Assembly (NCBI GenBank): GCA_964385825.1 | Contig: CAYLPX010000001.1 | Span: 173,797 to 237,796, forward strand | DNA length: 64,000 nt | Reading direction: 5' to 3' | Source: an uncultured Candidatus Saccharibacteria bacterium | GTDB taxonomy: Bacteria; Patescibacteriota; Minisyncoccia; Phycocordibacterales; JAKFXT01 | Shown here: positions 9,462 to 23,600 of the stretch, one piece after another | How positions within the stretch are numbered: position 1 is the first letter of the stretch | Layout: the number at the start of each line of letters is the position of its first letter | Notes under the pieces: model-generated | Seen by the model: the letters and a program-made list of their open reading frames with translations, nothing else | Told to the model about the DNA's origin: nothing | Databases searched by the model: none | Translations under genes and position numbers: made by a program

Positions 9462-11645
9462 TTAACGGGTTTTTGCCTGCCCCTGTTTATATAGTTGCGC
9501 TACTTCATTCGCTGAAAGAGCACGGCTATACACCCTCACCTCATCTATCGTTCCATCAAAAAGGTTAGTTCCCGCAGCTCCATTTGTCTGAGCCCCCCCG
9601 ATGGTTGCAATATTATTATTATAGAGCGACATTGAGGAAACATAGCCAACTGAAGTAATGAGACTTCCATTTTCATAAAAATTAATTGTTGACCCATCGT
9701 ACGTTCCAACTAAGTGGTACCATTTATTGACTGAGTAAGTGTTTGGATCTTGAGCAGTTTGACCAGATACGTTGATTGAAAAACCGAAATGTCCTGCTGA
9801 CCCAGATATTCCAGAACCTAAGTAATAGTTAGTTCCACAACACGCCCCACTATCAAACGTAAAGACTGCCTTACCACTCATATTGGCAACAGTCGGATAC
9901 ACCCAAGCTGACACAGTGACGTTTTGGCTGAAGCGCAGTGAAGCTTGTGACCCAAGATTAATGTACTGTGAGGAACCAGAATTGAACCGAAGAGCCTGTC
10001 CCACCTTTCCTGAAATGGCTGAGGTTGTAGTACTAAAATTAACCAAAGTTCCAGTAAGTCCGTTCCCTGAACTGTCAGTAACTGTATTACTCGTCCAGTT
10101 GGTATTCTTACCATCGAGCGTCCAGTAACCCGCAAGCCCCTTTGAAAGACTAGTGCCACTTTGTCCCGCCAACACTTTGGGACTGACTGCAATAACTCCC
10201 CCACCTTGTTTATAGAGTTGCATAACCTCGGTTGCAGAAAGTGCCCGATTGTACACATGCACATCATCTATACTGCCCTGAAATGCTTCAGAAGATAGAT
10301 CATTGCCAATAAAAGAAAATGTGTTTGCTCCTACTCCTGTGTATGAAGTAGGATCGGCTACACCATTTACATAAAGAGTTAGCCTCCCGCTCGAAATGGA
10401 GGCTGCAACATGGGTCCATGTATTAACGGGAATACTACTTGCTGCGGTGTGATCCAAACCTGAAAAGTAATACGTCAACGAATAGGGGCCGCCGCTTGAG
10501 GTAAGGTATAGCCCCTGACCTCCAGCGCTATCGCCAACTATATTTTGATAGCCTATAAATCCACTTTTATCCACTTTTATCCACGCACTCAGTGTATGTG
10601 TTGTCCCCACTGAAATAGGCGAGCTAAATAGCGCAGCGGGGGTTGTTGCACTACCACCAAAATGCAGAGCTTGTCCAACTTTCCCCCTGACTACATCCGT
10701 ACTGGTACTAAAACCAGATAAAGTTACGGTGTTACCAGTACTACTCAAATCATTAGTTGTGTTTATGCGCCAATTGGTATCTTTACCATCAAAGGTCCAA
10801 TATCCAACAAGGCCTGATGAAAGACTGTTTATACCCACACCACTTACTATCTTTTGAGAAACCCCTACCTTGCTTTTCCCCTGCTTATAAAGTTGCATGA
10901 TTTCATCACTACTAATGGCGCGGTTATACATACGAACTTCATCTACCGAGCCATTAAACAGCCTTTTACCTGTGGTATAGGGAACCTGTCCCCCAATAGT
11001 CATAAACCCATTTGGAGTGTTTGGTGTTGATACAGAACTACCTGATTGCTGAACGCCATTAACATAAAATCTTATAGTGCCACTTTTGCGTTGCATAACA
11101 ACAAAGTACCAACGATTAGCAGCCGGAAAAGTAAATCCGCTATCAATCCAAGCAATACCAGAGAGTAGCCCGACGAGTTTACTTCCAGACTGTCCTGTTG
11201 CGTCCCCAATACCAAATCCATACCCAGTACAGTTTGCCGCTGGTGCACAAAGTCCATCGTCTCCCCCATTGTGCATAACAAAACCTGTAGTTGCAGTGAT
11301 AACCTTTGGATTCATCCAGGCAACAAGTGTCCAGTTATCAATAGCAGTTAAAGCTGAGGTTCCACTAGCCACATTTGTCGGGATGGTCGTTGAGGCAAAG
11401 AAAAAACCTTGCCCCACAGCACCGCTAATAGGAGTTGTACTCGTACTAAGTGAGTTGAGTGTCAATGTTCCACCGCCGGATCCCTGATTCGTTACCGTAC
11501 CCGTTTGCCAATTCACATACTTACCGTCGAGTGAGTAGTACCCAACGAGTCCATCAGTAAGGGCGGCTTCCCCAACGCTCGGCAAGAGGCAACACGACAA
11601 GAGGAAACTGAGAGAAAGAAAAGTTTTTAAAGATTTGGTAGACAT
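9462..11645 (-). CDS. Secreted protein with three tandem LamG / concanavalin-A-like lectin domains
   Basis: N-terminal signal peptide. A 3x repeated module ends in VDEVRMYNRAISSDEIMQLYKQG / IDDVHVYNRALSATEVMQLYKQG / IDEVRVYSRALSANEVAQLYKQG, typical of Laminin_G_3. Lies immediately downstream of the giant gene on the same strand. Confidence 0.8.
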   Translation of the reverse strand: MSTKSLKTFLSLSFLLSCCLLPSVGEAALTDGLVGYYSLDGKYVNWQTGTVTNQGSGGGTLTLNSLSTSTTPISGAVGQGFFFASTTIPTNVASGTSALTAIDNWTLVAWMNPKVITATTGFVMHNGGDDGLCAPAANCTGYGFGIGDATGQSGSKLVGLLSGIAWIDSGFTFPAANRWYFVVMQRKSGTIRFYVNGVQQSGSSVSTPNTPNGFMTIGGQVPYTTGKRLFNGSVDEVRMYNRAISSDEIMQLYKQGKSKVGVSQKIVSGVGINSLSSGLVGYWTFDGKDTNWRINTTNDLSSTGNTVTLSGFSTSTDVVRGKVGQALHFGGSATTPAALFSSPISVGTTHTLSAWIKVDKSGFIGYQNIVGDSAGGQGLYLTSSGGPYSLTYYFSGLDHTAASSIPVNTWTHVAASISSGRLTLYVNGVADPTSYTGVGANTFSFIGNDLSSEAFQGSIDDVHVYNRALSATEVMQLYKQGGGVIAVSPKVLAGQSGTSLSKGLAGYWTLDGKNTNWTSNTVTDSSGNGLTGTLVNFSTTTSAISGKVGQALRFNSGSSQYINLGSQASLRFSQNVTVSAWVYPTVANMSGKAVFTFDSGACCGTNYYLGSGISGSAGHFGFSINVSGQTAQDPNTYSVNKWYHLVGTYDGSTINFYENGSLITSVGYVSSMSLYNNNIATIGGAQTNGAAGTNLFDGTIDEVRVYSRALSANEVAQLYKQGQAKTR

Positions 11646-11654
11646 AGACGTTGT

Positions 11655-14600
11655 TTATTGGATAGCAGAAGACGTAGCTACTGGCGCAATATCTCCTAGA
11701 GCTGGAGCAGTTGAAGTAGCACTAAGATCAGTAGCTGCACTACTTGTTGCAGTACTTGTTCCCATATCTAGAACGATATCAGTGGAAGTTGCAGTTGAAG
11801 TTCCGATATCAAGGACTGGTGGACTTATAGGATTCTCTGGTGGAGCAACATAGATAGTACTTGTTGAAATACTAGCTGGTTGGCAAGAGCCACTAGTTGT
11901 CTCTACTGTCCCATTGTTCACCATCACACAGTATGGAGCTTTTGTTGTTTTATCAAAGAGTGTTATTCCAGCAGGCGAAGTACTGCTTCCCACAGTGAGT
12001 GAGTCTACCGCTGCATTTGCAATGTGTACTAACCCATCACTAACAAAGATACCAAAGGAGCTAAGTGCTGTTTTTAGTGTAGTGAGTGAGAATGGATTGT
12101 TACTATTCTCCGCTACAAAGAGTGAGGAGCTAGCATTCTCAAGGTTAAGGAGTCTAGCATCAAGCTCTTGTACACTCTTAGCAAGTACCGCAGTCATTTC
12201 TTCATAGCGAACTCCACGTGGGGTAATACCGTCATTTTCATAGAAGACAAGACGTGGATCAAGCGCATTCACTTCCTCGGCTATAAAACCAACACGAGCC
12301 TGATTCTCATCATTAGTTTCAAAGCTCACTGGGCGCAGTTGCCGGAGTAGTGCTAAGCCAGAAGTTGCTGTCAAAGATTCTATGTTGTGCTTGTAGCGAG
12401 CAGAAGATACGGTACAGGTTGGTGAACCAGTGTTTACCTGCACTTCCTTTGTTGTAGAGTCTATACAAAGAGCATCTTTAGTTCCCGCTTCAGCGGTGAG
12501 GCCGTTAACTGCCATAGTTCCGGTTACTGACAACGTCTTCCATGGTGAAGTACTTCCAATACCTACATATCCAGCTGGGCTCCATGTTTCGAGTGTTGTT
12601 GTTCCTGAATTACTGAAAGTAGTATCAGATGAAGTTCCCATATAGAGGTACCCACCTGATGAGCGATAGAACCAATGCTTAGCGTTTGTGCCCGCTGCTG
12701 TATCGGTAAGTACTAACTGGATAGCGTTACTTGCCGCCGAGGAGGAAGTGGCAAGTTGCATACGCCACTGTGGAGTTGAAGAGCCAAAGCCAGTTGCCTG
12801 TGTACCAAGGTTGTTAAGAGTGGTTCCAGGCGTAAGCGCTTGAAATATAGCGCCATCAGCACGTAATTGGAACCAATGGCTTCCAGATCCATTTTGGTAG
12901 GAAATGGGAGCTACTCCATTTGGAGTTATGAGAACGTTAGCTGCTCCACCAATATTTGAAAATGTATGCTGAGTATTAGTTACACTAGTAATAGCGCCTG
13001 TACGAAGGGTACCTGAAACAAGCAGGTTACTTGCCATACTGAGACTATATCCCGGCGTTGGAGTTGTAGTACCTATTCCAAATTCACCGTTACTACTTAT
13101 AGAAAGTGCCGGGATAGTCGAAGTGGAGAACGCATCACTGGAGGTTGCAAGATAGAAATTACCACCAATTGAACGTTGTACCCAGTGCTTAAGATTAGCG
13201 CCAGCTGAAGGGTCAGTAAGTACTAACTGTGGCGCAGTTGATGAAGCGAGTTGCAACATCCAGTTAGGAGTAGTGGTACCAAGACCAAGAGCACCATTCA
13301 TGGTCATGGTGAGGTAGTTGTTGTTTGAGGCATCAGCAATAGCAAGGAGTGGAGCGGTTTGACCACTAAGAGCGGCGATGGAGAGTTTACCAAACGGTGT
13401 AGTGGTACCCACACCAACAAAGCCGTTGCTAGTACTGTTGACGTTAGTAATGCGAAAAACTTCAGCAGCGGTTGATCCACCCTTATCATTACCAATGACG
13501 AAGTCATTAGTTGCCCCAGATGCGCCAACGGTTAAGATTGGTGAACCATTTGCAACTCCTGCACTATTAAAATAATTAATGTTTACCGCACCACTTCCTG
13601 ATGAGTTTCGAGAGATGTTCACAGAGCCAGGGTTAAGGGAGGTGAAAGAGTTTTGTACAGCATTATCTGCAACAATGAGTCCGTTGTTCCCCGTGTTGGT
13701 GCCAATGTTCATACGGTAGTTTGTGTAGTTGGTAGTAGTACCAAGTCCAAGCTGACCACCATTAGTACCGCTTAAGAAGAGTGAGGTTGAGGTACTACTT
13801 AGAGCATCACTACTAGTTCCAAAGTAGAAGTTACCGTTAGCAAAGCGCATCACACCGTGCTTGGCGTTAGTTCCGCCATTTGGATCAGTGAGAGCTAACT
13901 GTGGGGCAGTTGAAGTTGCAAGCTGTAGAAGCCAAGCAGAGGTTGAGGTACCGAAACCAGCATACCCAGCATCAGAGAGTCTGAAGAGGGTTGTCGAAGC
14001 GTTGTTCACTACTTCAATAGTGGATGAAGCTCCTGTTCCCCTGCCCCACACCGTAAGACGAGCATAGGGAGAAGTAGTCCCAATACCAATACCGGTGTTA
14101 CGAGCCACGGAACTTGCGTATGGTGTTGCCTCTCCATATACCGTAAGTACAGGATTGTCTCCAATAGACGCAGTGTAGGACTGTGGCGTACCTGTAGCAG
14201 CACTGACTATCGGGAGATTAGTCCACTGTACTACTCCAGCATCATCGTCAAAGGACTGTGTTCCGGAAATCAAACTTCCGGCATAGGTCTCTCCCGTTGA
14301 ATAATTGTACGTTAGTGCCCCATCACCAACATTAAGGCCGCCACGTAGTGTGGTTGTTGAAGTTGTGGCAGTAGCGAAGAAAACATCAGCCGATGAAGTA
14401 CCCGTAACTGAAAGGTTAGTCCAAGGTGATGTGGTTCCTACCCCTACATAACCGCTACTGTTTACCATTATTGCTGGAACGGTTGAGGTAGCATACGCAT
14501 CACTTGAGGTTGCAAGGTAGAAGTTACCACCGGCAACACGCTGTACCCAATGCTTAAGGTTAGTCCCTGCTCCGGAATCAGTAAGCGCCAACTGTGGGGC

Positions 14601-17600
14601 GGTCGATGAAGCGAGTTGTACCATCCAGTTAGGTGTAGTGGTGCCAAGTCCGAGGGCTCCTGAGGGAAGGAACTGGAGCAGTGCTTGATTGCTAGAACCA
14701 CCAATTGCAAAGAGTGGGGCGGTTTCTCCAGAATTTGCTTTGACTGAAAGGTGCGCCCATGGAGTTGAGGAGGCAAGTCCTAATGCACCGTTATGCGTAT
14801 CGTTGGCATTGTAGAAGCGAGCAATTTCTGTACCCACTTGATTACTACCTTGATCGTTAGTGAACTGAAGATCTGAGCTTGAGGTGGGGAGTATAATTGT
14901 AGCTCTTGAACTATTTCCTGTTTTTAAGATAAGTCCCATATTACCAACTACATCTGTTGCTCTAGCTATCGTAATACCATTACCACCTGAACCAGTTGTT
15001 GGGGCGAAGTTAATATAGTTACTGGTGCTATTAATATCAGTAAACTGCATGGAATCTCCCGAAAAACGGGTTTTTACTTCAAAAGCTCCCGTAGGGTTCA
15101 CTGTACCGATACCAACTGCGGTGGTTGAAGCGATGGTGAATAAGGTTGTGGTTGCATTCAATGCATCTGATGAAGTGCCGATATAGAAGTTGCCATTAGC
15201 AAAGCGGATGATACCGTGTTTGGCGTTGGTGCCACCGTTAGGGTCTGTGAGGGCGAGTTGGGGTGCAGTTGATGAAGCGAGTTGGAGAAGCCAAGCAGGG
15301 GTTGAAGTGCCAATACCAAGCGCTTTCTTACTGTTATCCCAGAAGAAATTGGTAGCGTCTCCTGCAAAAGAAGTACTGTTTGCGAATTGCACAGCACCAC
15401 TACCACCAGCAGCGTTAGTAGAACCATTTGTTGAAAGACAAGTTCCATTTACGGAGAAGCATCCAGAAGTGATCTGTATACCGTTAGTATAGGTGCTTGT
15501 GGCATTACTGGTGACATTAAGGGCACTTGTAAAGGTAGTTGATGAACCAGTGAGGGTGAAGTAGCTACTGGTTGCAGAGAGGGCGTCGGAAGAAGTACCG
15601 ATAGCAAAGACACCATTTGTGTTAGTGAGGATCCAGTGTTTGGCGTTAGTGGAGGCATCAGTGTCAGTGATGGCTACATAAGGAGTAGCTGAGGCAACTT
15701 GGAGTGACCAAGCAGGAGTGGTAGTGCCGAGGCCGAGGTTACCTACTGAAGTAAGAGTGAGGTAGTTAATTGAGGCTGAAGAAGATCCTACAGCAAAGAG
15801 TGGGGCGGTTTGTCCTGCACCGCCCGTAACAGAGAGCTTAGCCCAAGGGGTTGAAGAGCCAATACCAACGAAGCCGTTCGTTGCAAGACTGGTAGTGTTC
15901 ATGATGCGGAGGGTTTCGTCTCCCGCTGAAGTACCTCCACGGTCATTAAGGAAACGGAGATCACGTCCTGAAGCAAGTGTTGCAGCGGCTAGTACTTCAA
16001 AGCCACCTCCAGTGCCTCCCACTCCATTGTCATTTAGGTAGATACCCATTGCACTCTGGCTGACTGTTGCTCGGTTAACTACAATACCGCCAACACCATT
16101 ACCATCTGGGACTCCAAAGCGGGCATAGTTATTAGGATTACCGTCTTTACCTTGTACATTAATACCGCCTAATACACTTAAGTAAGTACCACCACTTGTG
16201 ACTGGCCCAGCCGTTAAATTAGTAGTGGTGCCGATACCTACTCCACCGAACTTGTTGATAGTGACATAGGTAGTTGTTGAAGTTAATGCATCGCTGCTTG
16301 TTCCGATATAGAAGTTACCATTAGCAAAGCGGATGATGCCATGTTTAGCGTCAGTGCCTCCATTTGGATCCGTGAGCGCAAGTTGTGGAGCGGTTGAGGA
16401 AGCAAGTTGAAGGAGCCAATTAGGAGTGGTGGTACCGATACCCACAGTGACACCGTAGACAGTGCCGACACCACCTAAAACAATAGCATTTGATTTGTTG
16501 ACGATTGCACCGGCACCGATTGCCGTTGAGTAATTAAGGTTACTTACCCCCGCATCTGATTGTGCACCGAGATAAGTATTGTAAATACCAGTATCGTTTA
16601 CCCGTCCACTCCAAGCACCAAGAGCAGTAGTTGAAGCCCCTGCGGTTTGGTTAAGCAGTGCATTCCAACCAACAGCAACTGATGCAGCGGCAGCTTGGTT
16701 TGAGTATAGAGCCCCATTACCAAAGGCGGTGTTAAAAGAACCTGTATTGTTTGCAAGAGCGGTGCCACCTACGGCAGTGTTGTTCTGTCCTGTTTGGTTA
16801 ACATACAAGGCAAGTGAACCAATAGCTACGTTGTTCACACCACTTGTATTAAATACAAGTGCACTTGATCCAACTACTGTATTATTTGTTCCTGTAGTAT
16901 TTGAATAAAGCGCCTCCCAGCCAAGAGCAGTGTTATCAGTTCCTGTGGTATTCCCTTGCATAGACTGATATCCGATTGCAGTATTGTTTCTAAAGTTTCC
17001 TGCATTATTTTCGTTTCTCGTACTTGTTCCTGCACCAAGCCCTAAGTAAAGAGAAGTTCCCGTTGCGGTTAAAAGTGGATTACCACCAAAGTAGAGCCAT
17101 GAATTCTTGTCAGTGGTAGTAGCAATATTAAGATTACCGGTAACGGTGAGGTTGGTAGCAAAGGTAGAAGTACCTTGGGTAAGGGTGAAGAGTGTTGAGG
17201 TACTACTTAATGCATCACTACTCGTTCCAAAGTAGAAGTTACCGTTAGCAAAGCGGATGATACCGTGTTTGGCGTTGGTGCCACCATTGGGGTCAGTGAG
17301 GGCGAGTTGGGGGGCAGTTGAGGAAGCAAGTTGAAGGAGCCAATTAGGAGTGGTGGTGCCAAGTCCGAGAGTTCCTTGTGTGTTGTTGTAGAAGAAATTG
17401 TTGGAGCCAGTAAGAGAATTAGTGCCATTCCAGAAGGTGACTTGGCCAGAAGAACCTGAGCCTGTGGTGCCATTTGTTGGAAGACAAGTATTATTAACTG
17501 CAAAACATCCTCCTGAAAGATTAATACCGTTCGCTGCAGTTGATGTTGCTGATCCAGTTAGATTGAGGGCGAAAATATTAACGCCTCCTGAAAAAGTAGA

Positions 17601-20600
17601 TGTTCCTGATCCTGCTAAATAGACAGTATTATCTTGTCCCTGGAAGAAGAAATTACCAGAAACAATAGTAGACTGAAGTCTTGTTGTGGTTCCATTTCCA
17701 CTCACAGTAAAATTACTTCCCACATTAAATGAACCAGTAGTGGTTCCATTACCATTTACAAAGGTATTACCTTCAACTGAGAGACGTGAGGTTGGGGTGG
17801 TAGAACCAATACCAACAAGGCCATTAGCGTTGATGGAGAAGGCGGACATAGAGGAAGTGGCAAAGGTAGAGGCACTAGAGGTAGCTAGATAGAAGAGTCC
17901 TCCTGCATTACGGAATGACCAGTGGTTAGTGGTAATAGAGGTTGGGTCAGTGAGGGTGAGTTGTGGAGCAGTACCGGTGGCGAGTTGGAGGAGCCAATTA
18001 GGAGTAGTAGAGCCAAAGCCTGAATATCCATCAGTCATAGTGAGGATGGTATTTGCTTCGGTGTTACCAACAAGACCACTAGGAAGTAGCTGAAAAACTA
18101 GTTTGTTTAGGCCACCAGCGGCAACATCGTACGCAATCATGGCTTTCTTTGTTGTCCCCTCTGCAAATACTAATGCACTATTAAATGAGTTGGCTGTTGC
18201 GGAATCATTTTGGAGATAGAAGAATGGTCCAACGTTTCCACCAGGACGAGCTAAGGTAAGTGTGTTGCCATTAATAATATCATCTGAAGAATTGTTATTT
18301 GCATTACCAAGTCTAAAACCACCCGCTACATCTAACTGGAAGGTTGGGGTATTAACTCCAATACCTACTAATCCATTAGCGGTTACAGAGAGTACGTTAG
18401 TGGTTGAAGTAGCAAAGGTACTAGGAGAAGCAGTAGCTATAGCGAAGGTATTACCTACTGAGCGGAAGGTGAAGTGATTGGAGGTGAGGGAGCCGTCGGA
18501 GAGTGCTAGCTGTGGGGCGGTACCGGTGGCGAGTTGTGTCAACCAACGAGAAGTAGTAGTACCTATACCGAAGTTGCCACCTGCGGTGATACGCATGCGT
18601 TCGGTATTGTTGGTACCGAGGAAAAAGTCGTTAGCAAGTGGGGTGCGCACAAAACCGACAGCACCAGCAAGTGCACCAGTGCCATTGAAAGTACCAAGTT
18701 CTACTTCTCCACCTGAACCAGTTGAATGCACCACGATCTGATCGGTTGAAGCTCCACCTGCTCCTCCATAGAAAGCAGCAATGGCTCCTCCGTTTTGGAG
18801 TGAACTTACCGTTCCTCCATTGGCTGTTGCAACGAACGTAGCGGTTGAGGGGAATACTTGTGAACCGATAGCAACACGGCCAGTGTTGTCTACAAAGAGT
18901 CCTGGGGCTCCGGTTGAGAGGGCTACGTTAAGGAGTCCGCCATTGTTAAGGGTTGAACCGGTATCTTGAATAGTTAAGCGCGATGATGGTGAAGTTGAGC
19001 CGATACCGACATTTCCTCCTGCTCTACCATTTATTGTTAAGTAAGTAGAGGTGGCTGAAAGCGCATCAGTAGATGAACCAAAGTAGAAGTTACCGTTGGC
19101 GAAGCGCATGATACCGTGTTTAGCATCGGTTGCTCCATTAGGGTCGGTGAGGGCGAGTTGGGGGGCGGTGCTGGATGCTAACTGTAGACTCCAAGCAGGA
19201 GTAGTGGTACCAAGGCCGAGGGCTCCTTTGTTGGTGTCATAGAAGAAGTTGTTAGAGCCAGCGAGAGCTGTAGTACCAGAGAAGAAAGTCACTTGTCCAG
19301 CAGCACCACTACCAGTGAAGTTAGAGCCTCCTACACAGGTGTTGTTAACCGTGACACAACCTGCAGCTAGAGTAAGTCCATTCGCGAAGGTACTAGTAGC
19401 TGCTCCAGTCACAGTAAGTGCTCCAACACTAAGACCAGAAGAGAATGTAGAGGTTGCTATATAGTTTAAGAAAATATTTGGCCCGGGAGTTGATCCTGAA
19501 ATTGAAAGTTGTCCACCAGTAATAGCAAGTGCTCCTGAAAGAGTTGTGGAAGTTCCACTACCAGAAACGGTAAGGGTATTTCCCACATTAAATGAACCAG
19601 TAGTAGTACCGTTACCATTTACAAAGGTATTACCTTCTACTGAAAGACGTGAGGTCGGAGTAGTAGAGCCGATGCCAAGGAAACCATTACTGGTAATGGT
19701 AAGGGCGGCCATGGTTGAAGTAGCAAGCGTTGAGGGAGAGGCTGTAGCAATATAGAAGTTACTACCTATTGAGCGGAACGTAAAATGATTAGAAGTTAAA
19801 GTTCCATCAGAGAGTGCCAACTGAGGAGCAGTAGAAGAAGCCACTTGTAGTGCAAAACGAGGAGTAGAAGTACCAATACCTACATTACCGCGGCTATTTC
19901 CAAGAAGTACATTTCCAGACCAGCCCGTTCCACCACCAATACCACCGTTAAGTACAATGTTGGCACCATTCACATTGGTAGCTCCACCATTTCCAGCAGT
20001 TAGTGTAATAGAGCCTCCAGTTCCAGTTCCATTTCCAGCTCCCCCACTTATAGTAAGGTTTCCTGCATTAGCATCAGCTGAGCCACCTCCAGTTGAGATA
20101 GTTAGTGCGCCACCATTACCCCCACTTCCACCAGCTCCACTGCTAAGAGAAAGACCTCCTCCCGTTCCTGCAGAGTTGGAGCCGGTAAGTGAGATGCTTG
20201 AGCCTGAGCCAAGTGAAGCACCAGAAGAAAGTGATACTGTTCCACCACTACCTGTTTGTGGAGTATTAGCTCCTCCTTGGATACTAACCGTACCCGGTGT
20301 TCCGCTTCCACCAACTGCACCGGACGCAATAGTGATAGCACCACTTGCCAAATTTCCTCCTGGGGCCCCACTTGTTATAGAGATAGCACCACCTGCGCCT
20401 GATGAACCACCGTTACCTGATGTAAACGACAAAGCTCCACCGTTCTGTGAGCCGTTTCCTACTCCTGCATTTATAGCAACATTACCCCCTCGTCCACTCG
20501 AGCCACCAGCTCCTGCTGCCAGAGTTAGTGTTCCGCCCGCCCCAGCTCCATTTCCAATACCAGTTTGTAGCGTAACCCCACCCCCTGCTGAACCAGCACT

Positions 20601-23600
20601 ACCTCCAGTTCCACCTTGTACATATAGAGCAAGTGGAGCATCTCCTGCAGGAGGTGTCTGCCCTACTACTGAGAAAAGTGCGGAAGGCGAAGTAGAACCT
20701 ATTCCAAAGAAACCAGTTTGTTTATCAACCGTTAATGCTAGTGCTGAAGAAGTTCCAACCGTAAAGAAGGAGCTAAATGATGGAGTTGAACTTCCGACTG
20801 CAAAGATACCGGCAATGGTGGAAGTTGCAGTTGTTGAAGTCGCGGTGAAGCTTTCGGCAACTACCGCTCCAGCAACAGAGAGTTTGGCATAAGGAGAAGA
20901 TGTTCCGATACCGAGGCGCTTGTTAGTATTGTCCCAGAAGAAAGTAGTACTGTCGCCACCAAATGTTCCACCTCCATTATTGAATTGCACCGCTCCTGGA
21001 TTATCAGCCACACCACTACCTGCTCCGCCAATACAAGTTCCGTTATAGGCATAACAGCCGGAAGCAATATTTATACCCTGAGCAAAAGTTGAGGTAGCGC
21101 TTCCGGTTATATTAAGTGCCAATGCCTGTAGTCCACTACTAATAGTGGTAGTCGCTCCACCGGTAACTGTTAAGGTATCGGTTGAAAGATTAGTAGTTGT
21201 CGCGCTTGAGCCGGTTGCATTAACGAAAGTGAAGTTCTGAAGCGTTGATGAGCCGGTAGCTAAGAAGTTCGCAGAGGTAAGTAACGAATTGATAAATGAA
21301 TTAGTGGCAGTGAAAGAAGTAGCGAAGAGATTAGTACTTGTTGCTTCAGTGCTCGTAGTTTTACCAAAGAGTGCAGTGCCGATATTGGCAATTGTTGCAA
21401 AAAGATTTGTGGAAGAAGCGGTGGTTGCAAAACTATTAGTAGTGGTAGCAGCTGAACCAGTGGCATTGATGAAAGTGAAGTTCTGAAGTGTTGAAGAGCC
21501 GGTAGCAAGGAAGTTGGTGGTGGTGGCACTTGTTATAGTAACTCTTCCTATAGTAAGAAGCTTTGCTGTATTGTCCCACGTAAAAGTACTATCCCCTCCA
21601 AGAACCCCACTATTATTGAACTGAACATTCCCATTCGCGCCTCCTGCACTCACGCCCCCGCTTCCGGCAACACAGGTTCCATTAATAGAGAAACAACCTG
21701 ATGCAATGGAAAGTCCATTTCCAAAGGTACTAGTACCGGCTCCTGTTACATTAAGCGCTGTTGTTTGTACTCCACCACCAAAGGTTGTTGTTGCATTCCC
21801 CGTAACCGTTAATGTTCCTGTTGATAGGTTGGTGGTCGTTGCATTTGATCCAGTAGCATTCACAAAAGTGAAGTTCTGAAGGGTTGATGAACCAGTTGCT
21901 AGGAAGTTGGTGGTGGTAGCAAAGGTGAAGAGTGCTGAAGAAGCAGAGAATAGACCCGTATTTGGATTAAATGTAAAACCTGATGAACCAGCTAGAGTGT
22001 TAGACCCAGTAAAGTAAGAAATTTGGTTAGCAATACCGCTTCCACTCACTGAACCATTACCGATACAGACTCCATTTATAGAGTAGCAACCAGTGGCTAA
22101 ATTAATTCCATTTGCAAAAGTACTGGTAGCTGCCCCAGTAACATTGAGTGCCGCTGTATTAATACCTGAAGTAAATGTGCTTGTTGCACTACCTGAGACT
22201 GTGAGTGTGGTCCCAACATTAAAGGCGCCAGTTGTTGTTGCGTTACTGCCAGTTGCATTAATGAAGGTGAAGTTTTGGAGTGTTGAAGAAGAAAGTGTCA
22301 AAAGCTGACCAAAACTTGAAACAGCTGAAGTGGTGGTTGCTGTAAAGTAACCAGCGACAGCTTCCCCTGCTACAGAAAGACGTGCATACGGAGATGAAGT
22401 CCCGATACCAAGATTTCCGTTTATGTATATGTTACCTTGCACTTCAAGTTTAGCAAGAGATGAAGTTGCTGATGCACCAATTAGCACCTGATTAGAAGTG
22501 GTTGCAACTGAAATGCCTGATCCATTAAAGAATGTCCAGTTAACGTCTGTTCCTGATCCCCCGGAACCGGAAGTGTCATTTCCACAAATAATGTTTCCAT
22601 TACTATCAGTAGTGAGTTTCCCTCCATTATTAAATAGTGTGCAATTCGCCGAACTAAGCGCTAGCCCACCAGAACTTATACGAAGACCATTGGCGATAGT
22701 TGAAGTAGCGCTTCCCGTGATGTCCAAGGCTGCTGCTGAAATACCTGAAGCAAATGTACTAGTAGCGCTTCCAGTAACTGTAAGTACTCCAGTTGAGAAA
22801 TTAGTAGTGGTAGCAGCGCTACCGGTTGCATTAACAAAAGTAAAGTTTTGAAGTGTTGAAGAACCAGTAGCTAGGAAGTTTGCGGAAGTGAGTAGTGAGT
22901 TAATGAACGCATTAGTTCCAACAAGGGTGGAAGCAAAGAGTGTTGTACTCGTACTATTGGTAGTAGTTGCATTTACCGCAGTGAAATTCTGGAGTGTTGA
23001 ACTTCCCGAAAGGAGGAGGTTAGCGAGGCTAAATGAGTTTGCAAACAAATTAGTAAAGGTTCCGCTAGTTGCAAAAAATGAAGTCGCTGTTGCATTAGTT
23101 GTAGTTGAATCGAGTCCAGTAAAGTTTTGCAAAGTGCTTGATCCTGCTGTTAGGAAGTTAGAAACAGTGAGCGATCCCAAATTACTATTTCCTGCCGTAA
23201 GTGTTGTTGCAAAGAGATTTGTAGAAGATGCAGTAGTTGCAAAACTATTAGTAGTGGTAGCAGCTGAACCAGTGGCATTAATGAAAGTGAAGTTCTGAAG
23301 GGTTGATGAGCCAGTTGCTAGGAAGTTGGTGGTGGTCGCGAAAGTGAAGAGTGCTGATGGAGAGGTGAGCAAACTAGTACCGCTATTAAACGTGAAAGCA
23401 GCAACACCTCCAAAGGCCCCATTATTGTTAAATTGAACTTGTGTATTGGCTCCACCAGGAGTTCCACTACCACCGGTTGCTGAAAGACAGGTTCCATTAA
23501 CTGAGAAACAACCTGAAGCAATGTTGATACCTTGAGCAAAGGTGCTGGTTCCTGAACCAGTCACATTGAGTGCGGCTGTTTGTAAGCCTCCGGCAAAACT

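Noticed and set aside
10551-10580. Tandem 10-nt duplication (atccactttt x2) inside the LamG gene
   Set aside because: Reads in frame as ...WIKVDKSGF... and the ORF is intact, so it is not a frameshift or slippage lesion.
19957-20892. 311-aa Pro-rich ORF on the plus strand inside the giant gene
   Set aside because: It is antisense to the Gly-rich (GGN) repeats of the giant protein, whose reverse complement NCC yields Pro runs. This is a compositional artefact.
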